A stretch of DNA of 64,000 nt from an uncultured Dehalococcoidia bacterium. Its GTDB lineage: Bacteria; Chloroflexota; Dehalococcoidia; DSTF01; RBG-16-68-14. The translations under genes were made by a program, and so were the position numbers. Position 1 is the first letter of the stretch; the number at the start of each line of letters is the position of its first letter. The stretch spans positions 117,840-181,839 of the forward strand of contig CAYOSF010000010.1 in NCBI GenBank assembly GCA_964406605.1, read 5' to 3'. The notes under the pieces are model-generated. The model saw only the letters and a program-made list of their open reading frames with translations. It was not told the DNA's origin and searched no databases. This document shows positions 36,326-45,646 of the stretch, one piece after another.

Positions 36326-38884
36326 CTAGGCTGCTTCAGACCACGTGCGCAGCAGCACCTCCTCGAGCTCCTCGGCATCAACCGGGCGGCTAAAGAGGAA
36401 GCCCTGCACTTCGTCACACAGCTCGCGCTCGAGAAACGCGAGCTGCTCCTCGGTTTCCACACCCTCCGCCACCACGCCCAGCTTGAGGTTGTGTGCCATG
36501 TGGATCACCGTGGCGGTGATCTCCGCGTCTCTCGGGTTCGTGGCGACGTTCCGGACGAAGGAGAGATCGACCTTCACGGCATCGATGGGCAGGCGGCGCA
36601 GGTAGCTCAGGGAGGACTGGCCGGTGCCGAAGTCGTCGATGGCGATCTCGATGCCCATCTGTCTCAACTGCCGCAGCATCATGATGCTGTAGTCCACGTC
36701 TTGAATGGCCACGCTCTCGGTGATCTCCAACTGGAGGAAGTGGGCGTCGAGGCCGGTCTCCTGCAGCACCTGCCGCACGCGTTCCACCAGATCGCGCTGT
36801 TGGAACTGCCGCGCCGAGAGGTTCACCCCTACGCGGACTCGTGGGAGCGCTGCGTCCTGCCAGACCTTGGTTTGGGCGCAGGCTGTGCGCAAGATCCATT
36901 CCCCGAGCGGTGCGATCAGGCCGGTCTCCTCGGCTACCGGGATGAACTCGGTAGGCATCACCAGCCCTCGTTTCGGATGCTGCCAGCGCACCAAGGCCTC
37001 CACGCCGACGATCCGCCCGCTCTGGATATGGACCTGGGGCTGGTAGTGGATGACGAACTCCTCTCGCTCCAGCGCGTGGCGCAAGTCGTTCTCCAGGGCC
37101 AGCCGATCGAGGATGCTGGCACTCATGGCAGGGCTAAAGAGCTGGTGGTTGTTCCGCCCGTGCTCCTTCGCGCTGTACATGGCGATGTCGGCGTTCCTCA
37201 GCAAGGTCTCCGCGTCGTCGCCGTGGTTGGGGAACACGGCAATGCCGATGCTGGGCGTGATGCGAAACTCGTGGCCGCCCAGGAAGCGCGGCCGCCGGAA
37301 CTCCTCCACGACCCGCTCGACGACCTCGATTGCGTCGCCGATCCGCTCGACGGCTGGTAGCAGCAGCAGGAATTCGTCGCCCCCCACCCGGGCCACGGTG
37401 TCCCCCTCCCCTGTCAGCTCCCTGAGCTGCGCGGCGATGGTCCGGAGCAGATCGTCTCCCTCAGGATGGCCGGCCGTGTCGTTCACCACCTTGAAGTGAT
37501 CCAGATCGAGCAAAGCCACTGCCACGAGTCGGCTGTGACGGCGCGCCTGGGCCAGCGCCACATCCAGACGGTCCCTGAACAACGTGCGATTGGGTAGATC
37601 GGTCAAGGGGTCATGGTACGCCAGGTGTCTGACAGCCTCCTCCGCTTGCTTGCGCTCTGTGACGTCGCGGAAGATGCCCCTGGTGGCCACCGGCTTTCCG
37701 TCCTGCAGCTGGGCGAAGGTGCTGCCCTCAACCCAGATACTCCTGCCCTGCTTGGTCACGAACTCGGCCTCAATTCGGTCAAGGCTCTCGCCGGCCATCA
37801 CACGCTGGAACATGGCCATGCAATGCTCTTTGCTATCGGGGTGAACGATGTCAAGCATGTTGAGGCTGCGGATCTCTTCCTCGCCGTACCCAAGTGTCTC
37901 GCGCCAGGCGCGGTTGACATAGACATAGGACCCATCCATCGCCACGCTCTGGATGATGTCGCTTGTGCTCTCAAACAGGTCGCGATATCGTTCCTCGCTC
38001 TGCCGCAACTGCTCCTCCGCCCGCTCGCGTCTGGCGATGTCTTTGACCAGCGAATCTGTCATCCGATTAAAGGAGGCGCCCAAGCGGACGAGTTCCTGCG
38101 GGCCTGTCGCGGGTGCCCGAGCCTCGAGATCGCCATCCGCCACGGCCAGGGTGGTCGACTCCAACGACGAAAGCGGCTTCAGGATGGAGCGCGCCATCAG
38201 GGCGGATGCTGCGGTACCCAAGACAGCACCGGCCGCGCCGAAACCGACAAGGAGCCAAAGGGCGATCTGGCCTGCATGGTCGGCCTGGCCTCGAAGGCTC
38301 GCCGCTTCCTGACGCTCGAAGTCGGCTGCGTCCCTGAGCTGCACGCCGATCATGGTCATCGGCGAGACCTGCTGTTCGAGAGCGGCTCTTGCACCTTCAA
38401 TGTCGCCGGTCTGGCGTAAGCCGATCACTACCTCCGCCGTCTCTGAGAGCTTGGCCAACCCCTCGGCTATGAGGTCCAGCCCGGCGGACTCCTCTTCGCT
38501 GTAGTGCTCATACTGCCCATTGGAGCTGTGCTCTTCTTCCAGTGCTCGCGCCAGACTGAGGGAGTCCTTCGCATCCGCAATGCTCCTGCGGAGAATGGGA
38601 GCGAGCGCCTCGTCTCCAGTAACGATGTAGCGTTCGAGCAGCCACGCGGCGACGGCGCTCTGGAACCTGGCGTCTTCCAGGGCTAGTGCTGTCCGTTCGT
38701 AAGAAGCTGCGGTGGCAAGGTGGGAATCGTGGTGCCGCTCCATCAGCGTGGCGCTTGCTACCACCGCGATCAGGACAAGGACGAGCAGGCCGTTGCTGGC
38801 AATGATCCGTCCTTTCGTCGAGGAAGGCAGGGGCAATCTGGCCCACCGGAGACGGGGAATGCTGATTCCTGGCAACCTTATCAT
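36326..38884 (-). CDS. Membrane sensor HAMP-PAS-GGDEF-EAL protein (c-di-GMP turnover)
   Basis: It has an N-terminal TM helix, a periplasmic helical region, a second TM helix with HAMP, and PAS. GGDEF (VGGDEFLLL) and EAL (EALVRW, DDFGTGQSS) are present. Confidence 0.9.
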   Translation of the reverse strand: MIRLPGISIPRLRWARLPLPSSTKGRIIASNGLLVLVLIAVVASATLMERHHDSHLATAASYERTALALEDARFQSAVAAWLLERYIVTGDEALAPILRRSIADAKDSLSLARALEEEHSSNGQYEHYSEEESAGLDLIAEGLAKLSETAEVVIGLRQTGDIEGARAALEQQVSPMTMIGVQLRDAADFERQEAASLRGQADHAGQIALWLLVGFGAAGAVLGTAASALMARSILKPLSSLESTTLAVADGDLEARAPATGPQELVRLGASFNRMTDSLVKDIARRERAEEQLRQSEERYRDLFESTSDIIQSVAMDGSYVYVNRAWRETLGYGEEEIRSLNMLDIVHPDSKEHCMAMFQRVMAGESLDRIEAEFVTKQGRSIWVEGSTFAQLQDGKPVATRGIFRDVTERKQAEEAVRHLAYHDPLTDLPNRTLFRDRLDVALAQARRHSRLVAVALLDLDHFKVVNDTAGHPEGDDLLRTIAAQLRELTGEGDTVARVGGDEFLLLLPAVERIGDAIEVVERVVEEFRRPRFLGGHEFRITPSIGIAVFPNHGDDAETLLRNADIAMYSAKEHGRNNHQLFSPAMSASILDRLALENDLRHALEREEFVIHYQPQVHIQSGRIVGVEALVRWQHPKRGLVMPTEFIPVAEETGLIAPLGEWILRTACAQTKVWQDAALPRVRVGVNLSARQFQQRDLVERVRQVLQETGLDAHFLQLEITESVAIQDVDYSIMMLRQLRQMGIEIAIDDFGTGQSSLSYLRRLPIDAVKVDLSFVRNVATNPRDAEITATVIHMAHNLKLGVVAEGVETEEQLAFLERELCDEVQGFLFSRPVDAEELEEVLLRTWSEAA

Positions 38885-39302
38885 TCGTGCAGTGTCGCGC
38901 TGCCCACGCTCAAGGAGCGCAGGTCTTCCTGCTCCAACCAGCGGGACGGTGCTGGCCGCTTGCGGACCCGCGCCTGGACTGCCGGCTCGGCGAGCATCTC
39001 GCGCACGGCCGGCGCTGTCTTCAGTCCAATGGAGTATCGGTGCTTTTGCCGTCCCTCTTCATTGAACCGGAGGCAGATGCGCCCTGTCTGCTTCTGGACA
39101 GATACAAGTGCGCCCTCTTGCCATCGTGGCGGCTCCCCCCAGGCAGAGTTCGCAAGGACATAGCCTCCAGTGCCAACGGCGTGTGCCCCGCAAGACTGCT
39201 GAAGAAGGCCGTGCTCCAGCGTTGAACGGCCTCGCCCGGGCTACGAGGCTCACACCGGGCGACAAAGCTGTGCGCGGTCGAGGAATCCGAGCAGGGCTGG
39301 GA

Positions 39303-39420
39303 GCGCATCCGCGAAGGCGACACCGACCGCGGCCCTTCCCGCGAGAGCGTCTACGCCCACGTCCGCCGGACCGTTCGCGACAAGCTCCTCGTCACGAACC
39401 CCGGTTGGCTGGGGGAGTAG
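39303..39420 (+). pseudogene. Orphan duplicate of the last ~38 codons of 35856..36245 (direct repeat copy 2)
   Basis: It reads ..RIREGDTDRGPSRESVYAHVRRTVRDKLLVTNPGWLGE*. The intact gene reads ..RIRAGDTDGGPFREGVYAHVRRTVRDKLLVTNPGWLGE*. No 5' part is present. Confidence 0.7.
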
Positions 39421-39438
39421 GGGGAGGTCCAGCGGTTT

Positions 39439-39840
39439 CTATGCCGCCTGCGCCAAGAAGCTCTCAATCTTCTCGCGGTTGTGCGGGTACTCGAAGACGG
39501 CGCACTGCCACTCGCTGCTCGCGTCCCCGATCGCCGAACCGAGGCGTTCGAGGAGAGCACATGCCCCGGCTACCGCCGTTTCGGGGAGCAGCACAGCGAC
39601 GACGGGCCCATCGTCGAAGACGGCAACCACATCACACCCTCCCCTGAGGGCGCATATCAAGGAGTCAAACCAGGGCGATTCGAGGGCATCCCGGTCGGTT
39701 GAGCCCATCGGGGGACGCAGCAAGAGCACCGAGAACGAGTGTTCGTAACGCCGTGACCGCTTGACCTCTTCCGCCAGCCGGGCGTGAAACTCCTTGCCAT
39801 CTACTGCAAGTGACGCGTTCTCTTTGTTCCTGTGAGCCAT
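39439..39840 (-). CDS. Stand-alone degenerate GGDEF-like domain protein (133 aa)
   Basis: ..FHARLAEEVKRSRRYEHSFSVLLL.. and ..VVAVFDDGPVVAVLLPET.. follow the GGDEF-domain layout. FDDGP stands where GGDEF would be. Confidence 0.5.
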   Translation of the reverse strand: MAHRNKENASLAVDGKEFHARLAEEVKRSRRYEHSFSVLLLRPPMGSTDRDALESPWFDSLICALRGGCDVVAVFDDGPVVAVLLPETAVAGACALLERLGSAIGDASSEWQCAVFEYPHNREKIESFLAQAA

Positions 39841-40179
39841 GATTGACCTTCCTGCCCCCACACGGTTGATTGTCGGTCGCTCAGCCCATCTTGACCATGG
39901 GGATCGGCCCAGAAGCGCCGAGCTTTGCCCGAACACTGAGGACAGATAGTGTGGCCTTGCGGGGCTTTCACCTGCCACGGGTAAGTGATGCGTGGCTGTG
40001 GAGATCAAGACACAAGCCCAGCGAATCGCCTGAGAGATACTTGATCCTACCCATGCACTGTCTCTCCCAGATGTGGTAGCGTAGCCCCGACCGGTGGTGG
40101 AGCATTCCTCCACCCGACTTGCAGGCGCCTGGTGGTTGTCCCCACCCGGCACTTGGCGTCCCCAGAGAGGTGAACACCC

Positions 40180-42342
40180 ATGTCTGCATGGAAGAGATTC
40201 GCGCTCCGGTCGCGACGAACGGCCCTCGTTCTGAGCGTCATGGCGTTCGCGGCAGTAGCCGTGCTTCCCTGGCCGACGGCCGAGCCGACCGGCGCGACGG
40301 GCAACACCATCACCCAGTTGGACCAGGCTGGCGCTTTCGAAGGGTCCGGCTCGCTCGTTCTGGACTCAAGCGGCAACCCGGTGATCAGCTTCTACCGCGG
40401 GGGAGATCGGGACCTCGTGGTGGTGCACTGCAACGACCCCAACTGCGAAGGTGACGACGAGAGCATCGTCACACCCGATACGGGCGACGTAGGCACGTTC
40501 ACCTCGCTCAAGCTGGATTCAAGCGGCAACCCGGTCGTCAGCTACTACGACAAGGCCGGCCGCGACCTGAAGGTGCTGCACTGCGGCACTGCCAACTGTA
40601 CATCAGGCAACAGCATGACCTCGCCCGACACGAGCGGTATCGTGGGCCAGTACACTTCGCTGGAGTTGGACTCAAGCGGCAACCCGGTGGTGAGCTACTG
40701 CGGCAACACTCAACTGAAGGTCATGCACTGCAACGACCCAAACTGTGCGGGCGGCGACGAGAGCATCAACTCGACCGACTCAGGCTTCGACTTCGGGTAC
40801 ACGTCGCTGGAGCTGGATGCAAGCGGCTACCCGGTCGTCAGCTACTGCCAGTTCGGGGGAGGTCTGTGCAACGACCTGAAGGTGCTTCGCTGCAACGACC
40901 CGAACTGCGCGGGCGGCGACGAAAGCATCGCCTCGCCCGACACGGAGGGCGATGTCGGCTACTATACCTCGCTGGAGCTGGACGGAAGCGGCTATCCGAT
41001 CGTGAGCTACCACGACTTCACCAACCACGACCTGAAGATGCTGCACTGCGGCAACGCCAACTGCACGTCGGGCAACAGCCTCACCTCGCCTCACACCGAC
41101 GACAACGTCGGTGGAGACACCTCGCTGGAGTTGGACTCAAGCGGCAACCCGGTGGTCAGCTACCACCACATAGGCTACGGCGACCTCATGGTGATGCACT
41201 GCAATGACCTCGACTGCTCGGGCGGCGACGAGAGCTTCGCCTGGCCCGACACGCCCGGCTGGGTGGGGTCGTATACATCGCTGGCGCTGGACTCAAGCGG
41301 CAACCCGGTGGTCAGCTACCGCAACGACACCGGCCACGCCCTCAGGGTGCTGCATTGCAGCGACCCCAATTGCGCCGGCGTCAAGATCACACCGACCTCC
41401 ACACCAACGCCCACGCCAACCTACACGGCCACACCGACGGACACGCCCACGCCCACCGATACCCCCACGCCAACGGCCACGGCCACGCCCACCGATACCC
41501 CCACGCCAACGGCCACGGCCACGCCCACAAACACGCCGACCAACACGCATACACCTACCGTGACCAGCTCGCCAACCCCAACCCCAACTCCAAATACTCC
41601 TGTCGGGGCGCCGGTAGAGGTGCCGCTGGGCGTCGGGGTTACGGTCACCTTTGACGAGGTGACACAGGCTGGCAATACGACGCTGACAACGAGTGAGCCG
41701 GGACCGCCACCGCCGCAGGGTTTCCGCTTGGGCTCTCCGCCAACGTACTACGACATCTCCACCACAGCAACCTACACAGGAAGCATCGAGGTCTGCATTG
41801 ACTACGACGATTCTGCCTTCGCACCCGGCGTCGAAAAAAGCCTGCGGCTCTTTCATCGCGAAGACTCTGCTTGGGTGGACGTGACCACCTTCCTGGACAC
41901 GGACATCAACCGGATCTGTGGCAGGGTCACCGACCTGTCCTTGTTCGTCCCGGCCGAACTGATACCGGGAGAGGACTTCGATGGTGACGGATGCCCGAAT
42001 GAGGAGGAGTTGGGTGACGACGGGCGAGCGGGCGGGCGCCGCGACCCGCTCAACCCGTGGGACTACTTCAACCCGACAAACGACGGGCTGAACCGCATTG
42101 ATGACGTGCTGGCCGTGGTGGACCACTACTTTCTCCGCGAGGGCGAGCCGGGCTACGAGAGCGGCAAGTACGACCGGAGCTATCTGGGGCCGAACGATTG
42201 GAACCTGGGTCCGCCGGACGGGCAGGTGCTGGTGGACGACGTTGTGCACGCGGTGAAGCAGTACTTCCACGACTGCGGGACAGGGATCGTGAAGCCGACG
42301 CCCACAGCGCCGCTGGCACCCAACGCGACGCCACTGCGGTAG
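40180..42342 (+). CDS. Secreted protein with 7 Cys-pair repeats, a PT linker, a beta-sandwich-like domain and a C-terminal Ca-binding/dockerin-like region
   Basis: A signal peptide is present. Seven units share the ..LDSSGNPVVSY..LKVLHC(N/G)DPNC.. motif seen in 23654..26251. A long TPTPT linker follows. The C-terminus carries DFDGDGCPNEEE and two N/D-x-D-G..(I/V)DDV helices. Confidence 0.85.
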   Translation: MSAWKRFALRSRRTALVLSVMAFAAVAVLPWPTAEPTGATGNTITQLDQAGAFEGSGSLVLDSSGNPVISFYRGGDRDLVVVHCNDPNCEGDDESIVTPDTGDVGTFTSLKLDSSGNPVVSYYDKAGRDLKVLHCGTANCTSGNSMTSPDTSGIVGQYTSLELDSSGNPVVSYCGNTQLKVMHCNDPNCAGGDESINSTDSGFDFGYTSLELDASGYPVVSYCQFGGGLCNDLKVLRCNDPNCAGGDESIASPDTEGDVGYYTSLELDGSGYPIVSYHDFTNHDLKMLHCGNANCTSGNSLTSPHTDDNVGGDTSLELDSSGNPVVSYHHIGYGDLMVMHCNDLDCSGGDESFAWPDTPGWVGSYTSLALDSSGNPVVSYRNDTGHALRVLHCSDPNCAGVKITPTSTPTPTPTYTATPTDTPTPTDTPTPTATATPTDTPTPTATATPTNTPTNTHTPTVTSSPTPTPTPNTPVGAPVEVPLGVGVTVTFDEVTQAGNTTLTTSEPGPPPPQGFRLGSPPTYYDISTTATYTGSIEVCIDYDDSAFAPGVEKSLRLFHREDSAWVDVTTFLDTDINRICGRVTDLSLFVPAELIPGEDFDGDGCPNEEELGDDGRAGGRRDPLNPWDYFNPTNDGLNRIDDVLAVVDHYFLREGEPGYESGKYDRSYLGPNDWNLGPPDGQVLVDDVVHAVKQYFHDCGTGIVKPTPTAPLAPNATPLR
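41452..41523 (+). repeat. Perfect 2 x 36-bp tandem duplication inside the PT-linker coding region
   Basis: 41452-41487 equals 41488-41523 (cccaccgatacccccacgccaacggccacggccacg). It encodes PTDTPTPTATAT twice. Confidence 0.9.
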
Positions 42343-42409
42343 GTCACGCCCGGCGCTTCACTATCGGCAGATAGTGTGGCTTCGTGGAGCGGGCGAACGC
42401 CTCTGGACC

Positions 42410-43249
42410 CTAGTCCCAGAAGTCTAGCGTTGTCCGCATCGCCTTCTCGAAATCCTCGTCGGACATCTGTTTGTGCAGTCCGCCCAGCAACTCGGCGTCC
42501 TGACCGACGAGGTAGCGCCGACTCGGCTGCTCCGCGGCCGCTGCGTCGACAATCACGTCCGCTACTACTTGCGCGTCGGCCAGTTCGCCACCTCCAGGCA
42601 GTTTGAGACGCGCCTCCGCAAATCGTTTCTCCAGTTCAGCGTAGGGCGATCTCTCTGTGAACCGTCGAGCTGGCCCCGAGTTGTTGGACATCTCCGTCTC
42701 GAAATCGCCCGGCTCTATCATCACAACCCGGATTCCGAACGGGTGCAATTCGTAGTACAGCGCGTCGGCCAGCGCCTCGACAGCGTGCTTGCTGGCGGAG
42801 TAGATGCCCGAGAATGGCGCCGTCACCTTTCCCGCCAGGGAGCCGACGATGATGATGGTGCCGTCCTGCTGGGCGCGCATCTGCGGCAACACGGCCCGCG
42901 TCGTCCGGATCACGCCGAAGACGTTTGTCTCGAAGACTGCCGCCACCTCGTCATCATCGAAGTCCTCAACGGGACCCCCCGTGCCGATGCCGGCGTTGTT
43001 CACCAGCACATCAATCCGCTCTGCTCGTCTGACAACCTCCGCAACCGCACCCTCGACTGACCCGCCGTCGTTCACGTCCAGCTGCAGCACCTCCACTGAA
43101 ACGCCTGCCGCCTTCGCCTCCTCACGGAGAGGGCCGTCCTTCCCGGTATTCCGCATCGTCGCGAAGACCGTGTTGCCGCGCCGGGCGAACTCCAGCGCTG
43201 TTAGCTTCCCGATTCCTGAACTGCAGCCCGTAACCACTACGACAGACAT
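42410..43249 (-). CDS. Short-chain dehydrogenase/reductase (SDR) family oxidoreductase
   Basis: The ATG at 43249 follows GAGGAGGA. TGCSSGIG (TGxxxGxG), NNAG and YSASK motifs are present. Confidence 0.9.
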   Translation of the reverse strand: MSVVVVTGCSSGIGKLTALEFARRGNTVFATMRNTGKDGPLREEAKAAGVSVEVLQLDVNDGGSVEGAVAEVVRRAERIDVLVNNAGIGTGGPVEDFDDDEVAAVFETNVFGVIRTTRAVLPQMRAQQDGTIIIVGSLAGKVTAPFSGIYSASKHAVEALADALYYELHPFGIRVVMIEPGDFETEMSNNSGPARRFTERSPYAELEKRFAEARLKLPGGGELADAQVVADVIVDAAAAEQPSRRYLVGQDAELLGGLHKQMSDEDFEKAMRTTLDFWD

Positions 43250-43481
43250 TCGATCCTCCTCGCTGTCCCTTGGCGGACCGCCCTGCGCCGACAAAGTGAC
43301 CCACGAGGATTGTACCCGAGTAGCCAACGCGGCAGGCGGACAGCTGCCATTTGCACGATGTAGAGATGGTGCGAGGTGGGTGCAGCCTCATCCTGCAGTT
43401 CACGGCGGGCTTGATACCCTTCCTGCCCCCGTAGCAGAGTGGCTCGCTTCCCAAACAGAGCGTCGCGCGTTCGAGGAGAGG

Positions 43482-45059
43482 CTACGGCGGCTCGGTGAAG
43501 AAGTAGGGGCCTTCCATGCCGGCGATGCATGAGCTGTCGGGCGGCACGGCGGGATCGTTGAGGAAGGCGAGCGTCATCTCGAGCGGGCAGAGGTCGGCGA
43601 TACTGACGCCGTGGCCGACGCCCGGGAAGGTGAAGAAGTAGCTGCGCGAGAGGTCCTGCGCGACCTGTTCGCCCCAATGCGGCGGCGTGATCGGGTCGTA
43701 CTCGCCGGCGAGAACGAGCGTTGGGATGTCGCTCGCGACTGGTTGGTTCTCGATCGGGTCCGCGGGCGGGACGTTCCACAGCTCGCAGATGTCGATGATC
43801 GGCGCGGCATCAAAGCCGTAACGGATCCTGGGGTAGGCCTCGAGCGATGCTAGGTACGCGTCTTCGGAGCTGAAGGGGAACTCCTCGCGGCACTCTACTG
43901 AGTAGTGCATGCCCGTGCTGGTCGTTTCGTGCGTGAAGAAGAGGTCTCCGAGGAGCGGTGTGAGCACCTCCGTGTCCCCGTTGTAGGCCGTGTAGATCAC
44001 GGCTGGCAAGAACGGAATGCTGCCGGTGGAGTACATCTCGGAGAAGAACGAATCTATGAAGAGGTCGCCGCTCATCTTGGCTGGGATCGTCTTGTCCATC
44101 GCGAACTGGTAAGCCTCGAGATCGGCCGGCGTATCGTTCAAGCGATCGACGAGCTCGAAGAAGACGCGCTCCAGGTCTGGGTACGCCGCGTTGCAAGCGG
44201 GGTCCGCGGCGCACCCGGCGAAGAGCGCACTAAAGGCACGGTCGGCGTTCGGCAGCATCTCGCCGTACAGGTCCGCCTGTGGTGGATAGCTCGAGTCAAG
44301 GATCACGCTGCGAATGCCCTGCGGATAGTCGCGCATTATCGTGAGGGCAAGACGCGTGCCGTAGGAGATACCGTAGAGGTTCCACTCCTCGATGCCGAGC
44401 GCTTGGCGCAGGTCGTTCAGATCGGCTGCGCTCTCGGCGCTGTTGTAACCGGAGAGGTCCGCACCGGAGGCCTCCAAGTCTCGCCTACAGGCCGTCAACG
44501 ACGCGGTGATGAGGGACTGGAGTTGCTCCCTGCGGACATCGCGCTCCATCCACTGGAGGATCGCGCTCTTGAATTGCGGGCAGTCGAGCGCCGGCTGCGA
44601 CTCGCCGACGCCGCGCTGGTCGAACAGTACAACGTCGCGGTCGGCGACGAATGGGCCGAAGAAGCTGTCGAACGAGAGCTTCATCGTCTCTAGCGTGCTG
44701 GCTCCCGGCCCGCCTTCGAGATAGACCATCGGGTCGGGCCGCGGATCGGGGTTGTTGCTCTTCGCCACGGCCACCGCGATGACGATGTCACGGCTGTTGG
44801 GGTCGGCGCGGTTCTCCGGGACCGTAAGCTGGCCGCATTCGGTGATGCGCCCGATCGGCACTTCGTACGGGCAGGCGATGCGCTCGTAGCGCTCCTCGGG
44901 CGAGAGCTGTGGCCTGGCCGTGGGCGTAGGCGGCCTCGCCGTGGCCGCTGATGACTGCGGCGGCGTCGAATTCGAGGTTGACAGGCATGCACCGGCGAGT
45001 AGCGCCAGCACAGCGAGTCCTGCGGCATGGATGGGACCCGAGAGACGTGGGTTCGCCAT
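43482..45059 (-). CDS. Secreted alpha/beta-hydrolase lipoprotein (tripeptidyl-aminopeptidase/TAP-like)
   Basis: The ATG at 45059 follows AGGAGGG. The lipobox is LLAGAC. GISYGT (GxSxG) is present. The TAP-like C-terminal region carries conserved Cys residues. Confidence 0.8.
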   Translation of the reverse strand: MANPRLSGPIHAAGLAVLALLAGACLSTSNSTPPQSSAATARPPTPTARPQLSPEERYERIACPYEVPIGRITECGQLTVPENRADPNSRDIVIAVAVAKSNNPDPRPDPMVYLEGGPGASTLETMKLSFDSFFGPFVADRDVVLFDQRGVGESQPALDCPQFKSAILQWMERDVRREQLQSLITASLTACRRDLEASGADLSGYNSAESAADLNDLRQALGIEEWNLYGISYGTRLALTIMRDYPQGIRSVILDSSYPPQADLYGEMLPNADRAFSALFAGCAADPACNAAYPDLERVFFELVDRLNDTPADLEAYQFAMDKTIPAKMSGDLFIDSFFSEMYSTGSIPFLPAVIYTAYNGDTEVLTPLLGDLFFTHETTSTGMHYSVECREEFPFSSEDAYLASLEAYPRIRYGFDAAPIIDICELWNVPPADPIENQPVASDIPTLVLAGEYDPITPPHWGEQVAQDLSRSYFFTFPGVGHGVSIADLCPLEMTLAFLNDPAVPPDSSCIAGMEGPYFFTEPP

Positions 45060-45646
45060 GCGGCCCTCCTGACATAAGAATCGGTTGGGTGACGGCAAGC
45101 TGGAGGGCTCAGGATGTGTGGCCGCGCAGGTCACGTTGTGCGCGAGCTCGCTACGGGGGCCTCACTCTTGTGGAAGCCTGGTCAGAGATGAAGGCTTGCA
45201 TGGTGCAGCATGCCCTGCAAGGGAGATATCGATGATTGAGCACACGGGGGACGGCCCAGTGCACGTCTTCACCATGCAGAATGAGCGGAACCTGATCCGC
45301 CTGCCGTTCCTGGCGCATCTGCTCGAGGCGGAGAGTGAAGGCGATTCGGCCCCCGTCCTGGTGCTCCGCGCTTCGCACGAACCACGGGACCGCCCCCAGC
45401 GCCGCGTCCATGGCATCGCCCCTCGGCGGGCCTCGGCGAAGGTTGGCCGTCTGCCGGCAAACTACGGGCCCGGAACGACAAACGCGTGAGCCCCAGTGCG
45501 CCCCGGACGGTAGAATGAGTCCGCGAGATCTTGGTGACACCGTTACCGCCTCAAGACGTCGGAGGCGAGTTACAGTGCGCGAAGCGTTGGAGTCGCATAC
45601 CAACGCGGGGCGAAAGCGTCGCCGGCCGCAGAAGGATCGCTCCAGT

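Noticed and set aside
45232-45489. An 85-aa frame, MIEHTGDGPVHVFTMQNERNLIRLPFLAHLLEAESEGDSAPVLVLRAS.., resembling a crotonase N-terminus.
   Set aside because: The similarity is short and is lost after ~50 aa, where an Arg/Pro-rich tail begins. It may be a gene fragment, but the evidence is too weak to call.
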